From Torpedo marmorata (taxonomy: Eukaryota): 64,000 nt of DNA. The DNA lies in assembly GCA_977017645.1 (NCBI GenBank), contig OZ360234.1, positions 18,414,001 to 18,478,000 on the forward strand, written 5' to 3'. The position numbers and the translations under genes are program-made. Position 1 is the first letter of the stretch. Each line of letters opens with the position of its first letter. Below the pieces are notes generated by a model. It did not search any database. It was not told where the DNA came from and was given only the letters and a program-made list of their open reading frames with translations. Positions 1 to 12,607 of the stretch are shown here, piece by piece.

Positions 1-794
1 CATATTTTTGAACTGTGCTCTGAGATCACGGCATCTCACATTTAAAAACAGGCGCCACTGAATCCCTCGGCCTACACCGGAGCTCCCAACGCCCGACTCC
101 GAACCTTCCCCTCGGCCTACACCGGAGCTCCTGATGCCCGACTCCGAACCCTCCCCTCGGCCTACACCGGAGCTCCCGACGGCGACTACTAACGCTCTCC
201 TCGGCCTACAGCACACGCACACCGGATGGTCATCGGGATCTCCGGTGTAGGCTGAGGGATTCAGTGGCGCCTGTTTTTGAACTGTGAGACCACGGCATCT
301 GCCGCAGATGCCGTGGTCTCACAGCACAGTTCAAAAATATGCGGTGCGGGAGGACCATGGGGTCGGGGGCGCTGCCGGGCTGAAAAGGCGGGGGGAGCAG
401 TTGCTCCCCCTCCGCCCAGCTACTTCCCTGGCTCCAACATCGTGAACCAGGACGCAAAGCCGGAACAGCCCCTGCCGGCACGAGTCCACGGGGAGACAGG
501 AGCCTGCCGACTCGCCAGTGAGTGTTCCACTGGCCTGGGAAGCCTCCCCGGGGATCGGCGGCAGCGGTGGGGATGTGTCGGAGATCGGCGGTGGGCAGCA
601 TTTTTTTGGTGAGAATTAAACATTATTTTAATGCTTAAAAAGCCTTCCCTTCTTGTTTGTTGTTGTTTAAACATTGATACAAGTGATTTGCTGTTGCTAC
701 TGGACTGTTTTTAAAAAGTGACCAGTTATCCGAAAAATTCAGTTATCCGACATAGGTCCGGTCCCGACCATTTCGGATAATCGGAGTTGTACTG
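1..794. mobile_element. Right part of a Tigger/pogo-like non-autonomous DNA transposon with GC-rich internal cargo
   Basis: Ends ...ttcggataatcggagttgtactg followed by TA (795-796), i.e. a CAGTA-type TIR. Subterminal repeats cagttatccga (x2) and tcggataa. CpG-rich interior. The left end lies outside the window. Confidence 0.7.
64..210 (+). repeat. 45-bp minisatellite, about 3.3 copies
   Basis: Unit starting cctcggcctacaccggagctcc recurs with a period of 45, 45 and 44 nt. Confidence 0.9.
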
Positions 795-1177
795 TAGTTA
801 TTTTTGAGGCTTGCGACCTAGCCCAGAATCATAGAATCTTTGCACTTCAGGGGGAATCTACATCTCCCTGCCTGGTGCTCTGGAATTTGGCACATTGCAG
901 TCTCCCATTGCTCTGTGGGCAGCTTGCTGGCCCCTTGTAAGATGGATTCATTCTGTGAGAGCAAGCGTATCTCACTCTGCTGGCCTCTTCACTAAACACA
1001 TACGTGTCTAAATCCACTTGGCCTCTGCCTCCCGCACTGCCTTTAAATCCAGACGTTTCTCCTTGCTATCCCAAAACTCAAGAGATTTTTGTCACCCAAG
1101 CTGACTTTATATCTACTCCATTTCCCACTAAAAGGATTGCTGCAGAGTATCTGGAGTACAGCATACCATTAAACAGA

Positions 1178-1340
1178 AGGTAAAAAGGTAAAGGTTCCAT
1201 TATTGGCACGTAATACTACATTTAGAATGTAACATACATGAAATTCTTTAATTTTTGTCTACCGTAAGGTCACTACTTTGTCCAGCGCCCGTCACAGAAA
1301 CCTGCAGCAGCTGGTGTTCCTTGGCGGTCTCCCCTCCAAG
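1178..1340 (-). mobile_element. 5S rRNA-derived SINE (SINE3 type), 5'-truncated copy
   Basis: Near-identical to the 19026 and 42867 copies. Retains only the 3' part of the 5S head (box C region) plus the tail. Confidence 0.85.
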
Positions 1341-2302
1341 CAACTTCACATAACAAGCTTTAGTACACATGATAGTAATGCATTACTAATTTAATATTCT
1401 TCAAACTTTTGGAAACATGATAAATGTGCATGATATGTTTTGGTAATGATTAATGTAATATACAGAAGGCAGAGGTCGCACAGAATTTGTAATGCTTTCC
1501 GATCAAGATCATATTTGTAGCAGCACTCTCCAATGAAAGTCTTGACATGATGAAATTTTATGACTGATTTCAGACAATTTAGTTTGAATCTCAGAACACC
1601 TCGAGGTGTCTTTTGGTTTTTAATAAAGTTAAGATCTAAAGATAATGAACAAACATTAACAGATGAAACGTGCCCAAACCAAGAAGACTGACAGTGTTCA
1701 CTGGGAAGGCCCACCCAAGTGTTGCCTCTAATGCTAAGTTTCCTGACTTGCAAATTTGCACTTCAATGTCAGATAACAAGAAACAAGTTTTTGATAAGAT
1801 ATCCATGCCTGAATATTATCATTTTTCTTTCTTTATTTTAAAAATGTGTTCCATATTTGTTTTACTGTCACCTTTTGCCCCAAGCCTTAAACAATACCTT
1901 GTTATTTTCCTGTGTGACGTTATGCTTTTTTCTGTCAATGTTAAACGCTTACCCCATTCTGACCATATCCCAATCCCACCCAGCCTTTCCTCTCTGCTCC
2001 TATCCTCTGTTGGATGTTGCATACTGTATTCCACATATACCACTGGTTTATTTCTTTTTATTGTTAGCAGTGATCTGTCCAATGAATGTTTTCAATTCCC
2101 TTATGATAAACTAAACAATATGTTCCAAGTCAATATCAAAGAGAAGTTGAGAATTTAGATTTCCACTTTATTTTATGGATGCTGCATTTAGCACTAGTGT
2201 CCATTCAGGGGAGTCAAAATACTTGCAAAATTAGGGAAATTTATCTTTTAAAAAGTTATCAGGGTGCACAACTCTGAAACTGTGTTACATCTCAGTCTGA
2301 GG

Positions 2303-2690
2303 TGAAACGCAGAAGTCTGCAGATGCTGTGATTGTAGTAAAAACACACAGTAAAGCTGAATGAACTCAGCAGGTCTCGCAGCGTCCATAGGAGGTAAAGA
2401 TGTATTACCAACCTTTCGGGCCTGAGCCCTTCTTCGAGGTATAAGCAAATAGCAGGCAGGCATCTGAACAAAGACGGCGAGAGAAAGGGGGAGGAGTCCA
2501 GACCAACAAACAAAAGGTGTTAATTGTATATGATAAGAGGAAAGGCGAGAATTGATTTTGACTCTGTGAAAGGTGACAGAGAAAATGGAACTAGAGGAAA
2601 GGAGACGGGGGGGGGGGCGCGAAGATGGTGGGGGGGAAGATGGGGGGGGGGTGCGCGAAGGGATGTATTGGTCTGAAACAATTCCTTCCA
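2303..2690 (-). mobile_element. Penelope-like element 3' terminal fragment
   Basis: aaaaacacac...aactcagcaggtc...ctttcgggcctgagcccttcttc terminus, related to the end of the GIY-YIG element at 32933. Confidence 0.65.
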
Positions 2691-4839
2691 GTGTTCCACT
2701 GTAAATATGAGTGAAATATGTGGCACTCTTATCTCAGGCTGGAAATTGTAGACAGCTACACATTGCTATTGCATTGAGGACCCATTGATACCTATCACCT
2801 TTCTGACTTGTTTCAGGTTTTATCTATCTCTTACCATGAGTTAAAAATGAAGGCTCTATTATTTCTGTTGCAGTGGCAGCAATAAATGTAACGGACAGTG
2901 ATAATGTAATTTTATGTGCGAATGGTGCCAGAAAAATGTTAGCTGAATAACATCAAGGAAATGGTCACCATCAAGCTGGAATGTGTAATATTTTGTTTGA
3001 AAAAGACTGGCACAAATATATCCTATTTCCAGGTTTTTATGTGTTAACTTTAAGATCTTTAAACATGTATCCATTGAGACACAGATTTACACCACCATTG
3101 AGGAAACTTTCCTTTATGGTCTACATATTCCATTACTATAATGACACGTGACCTGGGAGGAGTCATATTTGCTGTAAAATTCCAAAAAACACATCTCCTG
3201 TTTTTAAGTCCTACAGTGACAGAATGGTATCAGTTTTGTGCAGGGAGACCAATGGTATGAATTGAACTCGGCTTTGCCTTGGTAAAAATGTGAGCACATC
3301 CATGGTGAATGCCTAATAGAAGTATACAGATTAGGCAAATTCTGCTTCAGTTCTGTTGAAATGCTAAATTGACTTCAGTGCTGTCATTTTGGAGAACAGT
3401 GTCCCAGCTAACTCCCTCTCTTGTGGCCAAATAAACATGTGACACAAGGAGGCGTATTGACAAATATGTATCATGGAATATGCTCCACTACCCATACTAC
3501 CAAGGAGATTTGATGCAGATCTTCTGATCATAAGGATACATGGATAAACCAGGTTTATGATGGGCAGGTTGCTTCTGGTTGGGGTAGGTTTCTTATGATT
3601 TGTGGAAAGGTGGGCTTGGTTTCATTGATGGCCTTTTCTCATTCCTTTTGGAGTCAGTGGATCAATGACTCCCATAACCAGCACTCACTAATAATATAAT
3701 ACTGGTTAATTCGTACCATATTCAGAGCCATCTATCATGCTTCTGGAAATAAGCACTAGAGTATCCAGCAGAGATGAGTATGGAGAATGACATTTTCTCC
3801 TGTATATCAAAAACGCTTTGTTGAAAACTCTATAAATGTCAAACTCTGCCATGTTTATATAGGTCACATATCCAATGAGAAGTTGAAAGCTTGACTCATT
3901 TTGAATGTTAAATGCCCTTTTCATACTTTTAAAATGTTTTCCACTTTTCGACTGATGTGAACTTTCAGGCACACCTTTTCCCCATTTTTCCACTTCATGG
4001 ATGATGTTTAATAACAAATACACAACAAACCAACATATACCAAAATTCAATATATTTTAAATATTATGTGGTATTGTCTTTTTGAAACCCTCAATTACTT
4101 TAAATTGCAGTTGTGATCCATAACTGCCTGCAACCCCTAACTTTACCCAATGTTATAAATTAAATGTCTTCTGAAATTGTACAAACCACTTGATTGCACT
4201 GCTACCACTATGTTGAAACAGAAAGAATAAAACCAGGCAAATTGCGTAGCATTGATCGAGATGCTGAACTTGGACACAACGTTGCTCCTCCCCAGTTAAT
4301 AGTGCAAAAACTTTCTCTCAAACTTCTGGGAACTGGTGTCTAAATTGAAAGAGCTGTCTACAGACCAATTAAGCAATTGTCTGACACAATTGTACTCACA
4401 GACAACTTGCCAGATTCTTCTTTTTCAGTACTTGGCTATGTTCTGTCCCACAGGCTGGATAACCCCACCAGAGTGATGATGTAGAGGGTGTGAGTAGTTC
4501 TGGGAGCTTTTAACTGACTCCATGCTCCATGAAATCTCAGGACACCAGGTCAAAGCTGGGCAAGAAATCTCCTCAGGGTTGTCACCAGCTGTTCAGCTGA
4601 TGATAATGAATTACGCTGTCCTTTTCTGGGTTTCCATTTTGCTGCTTCTTTTCTCTAATACTCTCTCTTCACCCACCTTTCTTGTTGCCCCTATTCTATA
4701 GCTACCATGGTATTGTATTCAGTTATCTGCAAAGTTGGCCCGGGGCTCTTAGGTGGTCCTTGTGCACTGAAATTCTTACTTGCTGCAGGCAAACAGGTAC
4801 CTAAGATACACCAACTACAATGGTATGCATTAAGTTACC

Positions 4840-5520
4840 CCAATATGGAAAGAGATGATAAATGTAAAGGATATTTAGATAAATATTCACAGTTACAGTA
4901 GTGCAAGAAAAAAATAGTGGCGTTTCAATAGTGCAGACAGGTCTTTGTGGATGGTCTCAGAGTAGTTTATGGTTAAGTAGTAAAGGGAGGTCAAGAGCCT
5001 GATAGCTGTTGGATTAAAAACTGTTCTTGAACCTTGAGGTGCTGGACTTCAGGCTTCTGTACCTTCCTGAAGGTAGCAGTGAGAAGTGGTTGTCACCAGG
5101 ATGAAGGGGGGCCTTTCTGATTCTGCCTTTTTGAGGCAATATCTCACTTAGATGTCTGCAATGGATGGGTGGTAGGAGCCTGTGATGGACTTGGCTATGT
5201 TTTTACTTTCTGCAGCCTTCTGCATTCCTGGGCATTTGAATGACCAAACCAGGCCATGATGCAACCAGTTAGTATACTTTCCTCAGTAAATCTGGAGAAG
5301 TTTGTTACAGTATTTGAAATCTCCTCAGACTTCTTAGAAAGTCGAGGCATTGATGTGTCTTCACATTTATCCTATTGTGCTGGCTCCAGGAGAGGTCCTC
5401 CGAATATGTGGATTGCCAGAAGCTTAAAGGTACTAATCCTCTCTCTCTCCACCGCTGTCCCATCAATAAAGACAGGTGTTTAGACCCACAGCCTCCCTTC
5501 TGAAAGTCAACAACTTGCAG
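4840..5520 (-). mobile_element. Decayed Rex1/Babar-like LINE 3' fragment
   Basis: Similar to the 3' regions of the other Rex1-like copies (ctgttcttgaacc...aggcttctgtacc...ccaggccatgatgcaaccag). Confidence 0.6.
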
Positions 5521-5779
5521 AGGAAGCAAGGGCACAGAATGGATGAGTGCCTTCAATGTCCATCACAGAGTGGCTTGCAGCACTACCACTGACCAAGTCC
5601 TGAAGGGTGTGACTGGCAGACTGCACCTGCAGCAATTAATGGATGAATTAATATAAAGAATACAAAAAGAGAAATTGCTGGCAGCACTCGGGTCAGGCAG
5701 CTTTGGTGGAATAAAAAGCAGAGTTAATGTTATCAGAATTGGGAAAATGAAAATAAATTAATTTTACTAATCACAGAGC

Positions 5780-5843
5780 ACCTATGGCATAGGGATTACT
5801 TAAAGTGGTATGTGAGTGGAAAGAAAAAGTTTGAAAACCACTG
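5780..5843. mobile_element. One end of a hAT/Charlie-like MITE
   Basis: aaagtttgaaaaccactg terminus followed by ttctagag, the NTCTAGAN target preference of Charlie elements. The other end was not found. Confidence 0.4.
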
Positions 5844-5844
5844 T

Positions 5845-6118
5845 TCTAGAGCAAGAGGACATGGGTTTAATGTGAGAGGAGAGAAATCAAACAGGGACCC
5901 AAAGGGCAACAATTTCAGTGACAGGGCAGTCTGTATCTGGAGCGAGTTGCCAGAGGATGCAAAAGAAGTAAACATTCAAAAGGCATATGGAAAGCTATCC
6001 AGGCAAGAAGGGTATAGAAGGATACGGACCAAATCCAGACAATTATGACTGCCCAGAATGCTGTTGGTCAGCATGGATGAGGTGGGCCGAAGGGCCTGTT
6101 CTGTGCTGTTTGACTCTA
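5845..6118 (+). mobile_element. CR1 LINE 3' end fragment
   Basis: SRARGHGFNVRG...WSELPE motif and gggccgaagggcctgtttctgtgctgt tail. Confidence 0.7.
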
Positions 6119-6206
6119 AGTTGGGAGAAAGGATGGTTTGGATGTAAATATCTCTGATAAGGGGGAGGATAGATTTTCTATGGTGATGAACTGTTGATGA
6201 AGCCAT

Positions 6207-6390
6207 CGCAAGATAAAGGATCATAAGTAGGCCATTCAGCCCATCGAGTCTGCTTCGCCACTCCACCATGAGCTATCCCTTGATACCCTGACTAATTAGA
6301 TACCTATCAATTTCCTCCTTAAACTCCCCCAATGATCGGGCCTCCACAGCTGTATGTAGCAATGAATTGCACAAATCCACGACCCTCTGG
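6207..6390 (-). mobile_element. CR1 LINE 3' end fragment
   Basis: gtaggccattcagcccatcgagtctgc antisense CR1 tail, related to the end of the 17925 copy. Confidence 0.65.
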
Positions 6391-8734
6391 TTGATAGCTC
6401 AGTGAGAACAGTTCGAGAAAGGGAGAAAACAAGCCAAGGAACATAAAGGCACAGAATGCAAGTTGGAGATATGGGAAATGCCCAGCCGATCAGTAATGTT
6501 GGTCATACCTTCAGCTTCATTATAACCTCAACAGGCCACCGACAGATGGGTCAGAATGGGAGTGGAATGGAAAATTAAAGTGAGAGACAGTTGGAAGCTT
6601 TTATTCACTCCTGTGGACAGAATGAAGGCACTCTGCAACATAATCACAGACTTCCATCGAGAAAGATTTGAAGATGCAGTGTAACTTCACAGAGTCCTGT
6701 TTGATTGCTCATTTGTAGCTTTTGCATCATAGATCATTGGCTGTGTGACGTAAATAGCTCTTTAATTTTCATTTTATAATTCATGATTCTTAGTCATTTT
6801 AAACAGATGAAATGTTTTTTGAAGCAACTCAAGAAGGAGTAAGTTCCTGGAAAAAAAAGTTGGTGTGGATTATTCTGATGAGTAGTTGAATCAACTAGAT
6901 ATGGAGGTGACAGGACTGGTTCACTCAAGGGTACCACACAGTTGTGAGTTCTCAGTTCTGCTGTACCTTAAGCATTACTTTTAGGTTGGACTATAATCTC
7001 CAGATGCAAGATGGATATTGACCAGGACAACAATCATTCCTTGTTAATAATTGATTTTTAATTGGGCCATGCTTTGAATAGGGTTTGGATACTTTTTTTA
7101 AATGATAAGGGATCTATATTTAGCTAAACTTCAACTGACCCTTTCGTTCAAAATGTAAGAAAGAGAGAAACAATTATACATAATGTTTCATGACTGTAGC
7201 TGTGCATTTGGATGTTTTCATTTATTTCTTTAAGTAATTTCTGCCTTCCTTCCTCCAAAGTGTTGACTCTTGCTGCGATATAATTCCACAGCTGCTGGCC
7301 ATCCTTCAGTACCTTATCTACCTGACCATATCTGTGCTGAGGCCATGACAGATTATTCATTCTTGCTGGATATTGCAATTCTCCAGTTGACGGTCACTCC
7401 ATTTTTGTAGCTACTGTCTCTGAGCTGTGGTTAAAATGAGAATTATATTTTTGCACTCTGTTCTGTACATCGAAAAGAGCTCATGCAATATGTATTTTTT
7501 TCATTTTTAATACACAATTGAGAGACTATCCAGGTATTTAGTTTTCTTTTGAAAATGTATGGTACAGCATGCTGCGAGAAAAATGCTGAATGCAGCCAGA
7601 GATCTGTTATTTCTGTTTGTGGCAGTAATGGTGTGAGGCAAGTCACCTCATCTGTTTTATATTGCAGGCATGAGCTGAATGAAGAGAATAATGAAAAGTT
7701 GTGAGATGCTGGAATCAAGAATGTCTGCATCATTAGTCTTGACCATTTATCATAAACTCTGTCTGTTAATCAACAGTTTCATGTGAAGAGGCATTTATTA
7801 GGAGCGCCCAAGGACTGTGTTGCTTGAATCCTTAATGGACTTTTCAGTTAACAATGATGTTTAACCTGGAATTTTTGTGTGTTTCTGTCGCACAGCCAGA
7901 ATTTCAATTTAATTGCTTCTTCCTTTGTACTTCAGCAGTCCCAGAGAGCAACTCTGAGAATTCATCAAGTTAGGCTTTAAAGATGAAACAGTGGAGCCTT
8001 GGTTTTTAACTCTGGTCCTAGTAGAAAAAATGTGAGAATAGGACTTGGACGTTTACCTTCTGGTAAAAAGGTGGGCAGCTTTGTATAATAATGGGAGCAG
8101 TCATGGTGGGCCATGCTTGCTTAAGTATACCAAAGATTGATTGCGTCCATGCTTTGATTCAGGATAAGTAGGGAAGAGGGATCAGGGTGTGTCATGTAAT
8201 TGGTGGAGAGGAAAGGGAGGTCATGGCTGAGGAACAAGAGGATGATCTAGACCAGGATTGAGGGGAGTTACCTGTGTGACGGTGGGAGCCATGGATGTGA
8301 TTTGGAGATTAAGACTTCCATCAGGGTCATTGGGGCAGCTGGAGCTTGAATGATCATGAGGTATTAGGAGTCATGGGTTGGTGGTTGGCAACAGTGTTGA
8401 GGATCGGTGGAAGGGTGGGCAGTGCAGTGTAGAGGGCGGACAGTGAAGTGTAGAAAAATACAAGGTAATGTGTGCTAAAATGGTGGCGTACGTGGTTGCA
8501 GTGGCCACTCTGGTTCCAAACAAAGGTGTAATCTCTTGTTCTGTTCATCTTGTCTATGATCAGAAAACACTGCTAAATGGAAGGAACACCAAAATTTATA
8601 GGTTAACCAAGCTAGAGGACCAGATCATAAAGGTACTGTGTTAATATGACTTAATGAAGGCAACGAGCCCTAACATCAAGCTGAAGCCTACTCTGAAACT
8701 TGGGGAAGAGGTTGTTGGAAACGGAGGACAAGGA

Positions 8735-9098
8735 AGTAGAGCGCACTAAGTGTGCTGGCATTCGTGTAAGACTCAAAGTGAATCCATCCAGGCCCGCGCT
8801 CCTGACGATTTTACTTGCAAATGTATGATCTCTGGAAAATTAGATTACTTATGGCTGCATCTGAATCAGAGGGAAATGAAGGGCTGCTGCTCTCTGGTAA
8901 TAACTGGTAGTTACAGAAACGTGGATCCAGGACTCCACTCCGGATTCGGCCATCCAGCTAGCAATAAGTTTGTATTGATTGGTTAAGTGATTGGTGTGTA
9001 CTGGGTATTGTGAGTCTTTGTGTGTGCACCATGGTCTGGAGAGATGCTATTTCATTGGGTTGTTTCTGTAAAATCAGATGATAATAAACTTGAATTTG
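8735..9098 (+). mobile_element. Internally deleted Rex1/Babar-like LINE derivative
   Basis: Broken translation GIRVRLKVNPSRPALLTILLANV..LDYL resembles the start of an APE endonuclease domain. It is joined within ~200 bp to a Rex1-like tail (gatgataataaacttgaatttga). Confidence 0.5.
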
Positions 9099-10189
9099 AT
9101 GAGTGAGAGACTAGCCTGATATAGATTCAAAACTGGCATTGTGGTATTTAAATCCAGTTGCCCCAAGAGTGATCTATAGTGATTGTCCTGGGACAACCCA
9201 GTTCAAGTTTCATTGGCAGTCTCCAAAATGACATCATCCGGTGTGTGAGTGACACAGAAATCATATCAGACAACACATACCTAGACTGTTCAATCAAATT
9301 CCTGGAGTGATGTAAAATAACTCAGTTATTGCATTTCGCTCTGGGGGAAACCAATTTCCAACTACATCATGGTGAAAACAACCGCTATGAATCTAACGAT
9401 GGCTTTCAACCTACAAAAGGAATTGAGCTTCTTTCTTCAATGATAAGACAATGAAATTCGGTGGAGGAAACAACTCTGTTTGAATTATAGTAATACCAAA
9501 GGATCAACACTGTAGTGATGACAGCAGGTGGTCAGGGCAACTCAGTGACTCCACTTGTGCCAACTCTGTGTGGTCAAAAAATGCAATGACATTCCCAGGT
9601 TTGTCAGCCTCAAGAAGCTAATGCTGTCTTATAACCGTGCACTGAACTAGCTCATGCTGAAAAATAAAAACATTTACTGATTCAATTAAGTGCTTGTTTG
9701 AGCTTTGTAAAGCAGCATCTTTTACGGCAGAGACTATTTTACATATTAAATGTAGTGAACCAAAGGGAATACTGGGATCTTGAATGGAAGGTGGTGCGAG
9801 ATGATTCATGCCAGACCTCCCTCTTTTATCTAGTAGTAGGTAAAGTTTATTGAAGATGACTTGCATTTATCGAGTGCCTTTTATGGTGATGGACAATTCA
9901 AAGCATTTCATGACCAATGAAGCATGTTTCCATATTTTCTTATTCTCTAATGATATAGGCAGCCATTTTGGCCAATTGATCCTCTGTTTGCACAAAGAAG
10001 TCCAATTCCTTACTCGTATTCCCTGTAATCTATCAATTCCACAGATACAGTCATCTGCGTGCTGGGGGCAAATTATAATGACCACTTAACCTCCCAATCT
10101 CCACATTTTTGGAATTTGGGAGCATCTGGGGGAAAGGTACAAAGAGAACATTGCTCAATGTTGTGTTAGGCCTCTTGATTGCCAGGTGA

Positions 10190-10560
10190 TGCAACACCTG
10201 TCGTTTCATGTCTTTTTTTTCCTCACCATTCAGAGACTCAAACAGTCTTGTCAGATAGAGCAATGATTCACTTGCACTTCTTTCAATCTTGTGTTTTGCA
10301 TTCTATGTTCACAGTGTGGTCTCAACCACAGTGGGGAAACCAAACACAGATCGATTGATTGCTTTGTAGAGCACCTGCGTTCAGTACTGAACTTCCTGTT
10401 ACCTGATACTTTATTTCTCTATCTCACTAACCTATTAGTCTGTGGCCTCCTGTACTGTTACATTGAAGCCCAACACAAGCCTGAGGAACAGCACCTAATT
10501 TTCCTTCTGGGCACATTGCTGCCTTCTGGACTCGATATTAAATTCTACAACTTCAAGTAA
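10190..10560 (+). mobile_element. Penelope-like element relic (GIY-YIG endonuclease); 3' part resumes at about 12035-12420
   Basis: ORF CILCSQCGLNHSGETKH...FVEHLRSV...EEQHLIFLLGTLLPSGLDIKF is homologous to ORF 33220-33657. Confidence 0.75.
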
Positions 10561-10611
10561 CTTGATTTCTCGATGTGCATCAGTCATCTATCTTAGTATT
10601 AGCTCTAACAT

Positions 10612-12032
10612 TAGCACTCAGTAGTACTAACATCTACTGTGATGAAATGCTTTGCAAGGTTGGTCATGGCCAGAATTAACACGTACCTAAGCAAAGGACT
10701 GGACCCACTGCAATTTGCCTACCCTCACAATCGCTCCACAGCAGACGCAATATCACTGGCTCTCCGCTCAGCTCTGGATCACCTAGAAAACAGCAACTCG
10801 TACATATGGCTGCTCTTCATCGACTACAGCTCAGCCTTCAATACCATTATTCCCTCAGTGCTGGTCAACAAGCTCCAAACCCTGGGCTTCTGCACCCCTC
10901 TCTGCAACTGGATCCTTGACTTCGGAAGACCACAGTCAGTACGAATTTGGTAATAACGTCTCCTCTCTGACGATCAACACAGGTGCACCTCAAGGATGCG
11001 AGCTTAGCCCACTGCTCTACTCACTATACACCAATGACTGTGTGGCTAGGCACAATTCCAATGCTATCTACAAATTTGCTGATGAAACCACGGTTATCGG
11101 TAGAATCACAGACGGCAATGAGGAAGCGTACAGGAGGGAGATAGATCAGATAGTTGAGTAGTGTTACACCAACAACCTTGCACTCAATGTTAGCAAAGCC
11201 AAGGAGATGATTGTGGACTTCAGGAGGAAGTCAAAAGAACACGAACCAGTCGTCATTGAGGCCTCAGCAGTGGAGAGGGTCAAGAACTTCAAATTCCAGG
11301 GTGTAAAGATCTCCAAGGATCTGTCCTGGAGCCTCCATGTCGATGCAATAACAAAGAAGGTTCGCCAGTGGCTATACTGTGTGAAGAGATTAAGGAGATT
11401 TTGTATGACACCGAAGACTTTCAAACTTCTACAGGTGTACTGTGGAGAACATTCTGGCTGGTTGCATCACTCTCTGGCATGGAGATGCCAACGCTCAGGA
11501 CAAGAAAAACTCCGGGAAGGGGGGGAGAAAATGTAAATCACATGTATTTTTCTTTGAAATATATGCAAAATTATTTTATGTAATCTGTGATTTAAAAATT
11601 TAAATAAAATATAAAAAAAATAAAAAAAAGAAAAAAAGAAAAAAGAAAAACTCCAGAGGGTTGTTAACTTGACCTGTGACATCACAGGCACCAGTCTTCA
11701 CTCCATCGAGGACATCTACAAGACGCAGCGTCCTAAAAAAGCAGCCTCTATCCTCAAGGACCCCCACCACCCAGGCCATGCCCTCTTCACTCTGCTACCA
11801 TCGGGGAAAAAGGTACAGGAGCCTGAAGACGAGCACTCAGCAGCACGAGGACAGCTTCATCCCTGCTGCCATCAGATTCCTGAATGAACAATGAACCACA
11901 GACACTGCCTTACTTTGACTTTTTCTTGCACTACTTTTATTTATTTTGTAAGATGGTTTATATGAATGTTTGCACTGTGATGCTGCTGCAAAACAACGAA
12001 TTTCATGACATGTTCATGACAATAAATTCTGA
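10612..12032 (+). mobile_element. Rex1/Babar-like LINE, 5'-truncated, frameshifted RT
   Basis: [39 protein letters not shown] and YKFADET motifs. Tail catgacaataaattctgattc. Confidence 0.9.
11514..11642 (+). mobile_element. Short poly(A)-tailed L1/Tx1-like 3' fragment nested in the LINE
   Basis: A-rich tail. Flanked by a perfect 12-bp direct repeat aagaaaaactcc (11502-11513 and 11643-11654). Confidence 0.75.
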
Positions 12033-12439
12033 TTCCTCTACGTGTTTTTTCTCTCTTTGGGAGTGAAGGGCGTGCCTAGCCTGACTTGCTGGGCATGTCC
12101 ACTGGATTTGCATTTTACTATTCCCACATTTTGTATCTGTTTATTTGTCTATGTTCTACTCTCTAACTGCTCCCATTCATCCATTAACCAGATAACTTTC
12201 TTTGCAGCTTATCCCCATGGTCACCCTAATTTTACCCTTTCAGAGACATTCCCATCTCCCACCACTCTGTAGCTTTACAAGCTTCTTTTGCCTTCCTTTC
12301 AGATCTGACAAAGGGTTTCTGACCTGAAACATTAACTCTTTTTTTTCCCCTTCACATGCGGCCTGACCGGCTGAGTGTTTCCAGAATTTTCTGTTTTTGT
12401 TTTGGATTTCCACCAACTTTTTTGATTTTCACTACTTGA

Positions 12440-12601
12440 GGATATTAACGGTCTACTTTAATGACTGAGGCATAACTATTGACCAGAACGCAAAGTGGAG
12501 CACCCCTGCTCATCTTCGAAATTGTCAACTGGATATTTTATGTTCACTTGGAGGGTAGATGGAGCCTTGTTCTAATGCTTCATCTGAAAAGTAGTAATTT
12601 C
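12440..12601 (-). mobile_element. Ancient Deu-domain SINE remnant (SacSINE1/AmnSINE-like)
   Basis: cccctgctcatcttcgaaa...ggatattttatgttcacttg...catctgaaaag resembles the antisense Deu domain. Degenerate. Confidence 0.45.
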
Positions 12602-12607
12602 ATATAT

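Noticed and set aside
1670-2158. 162-aa hydrophobic ORF as a membrane protein
   Set aside because: T-rich intronic sequence with a non-ATG start, no homology recognised and no splice structure.
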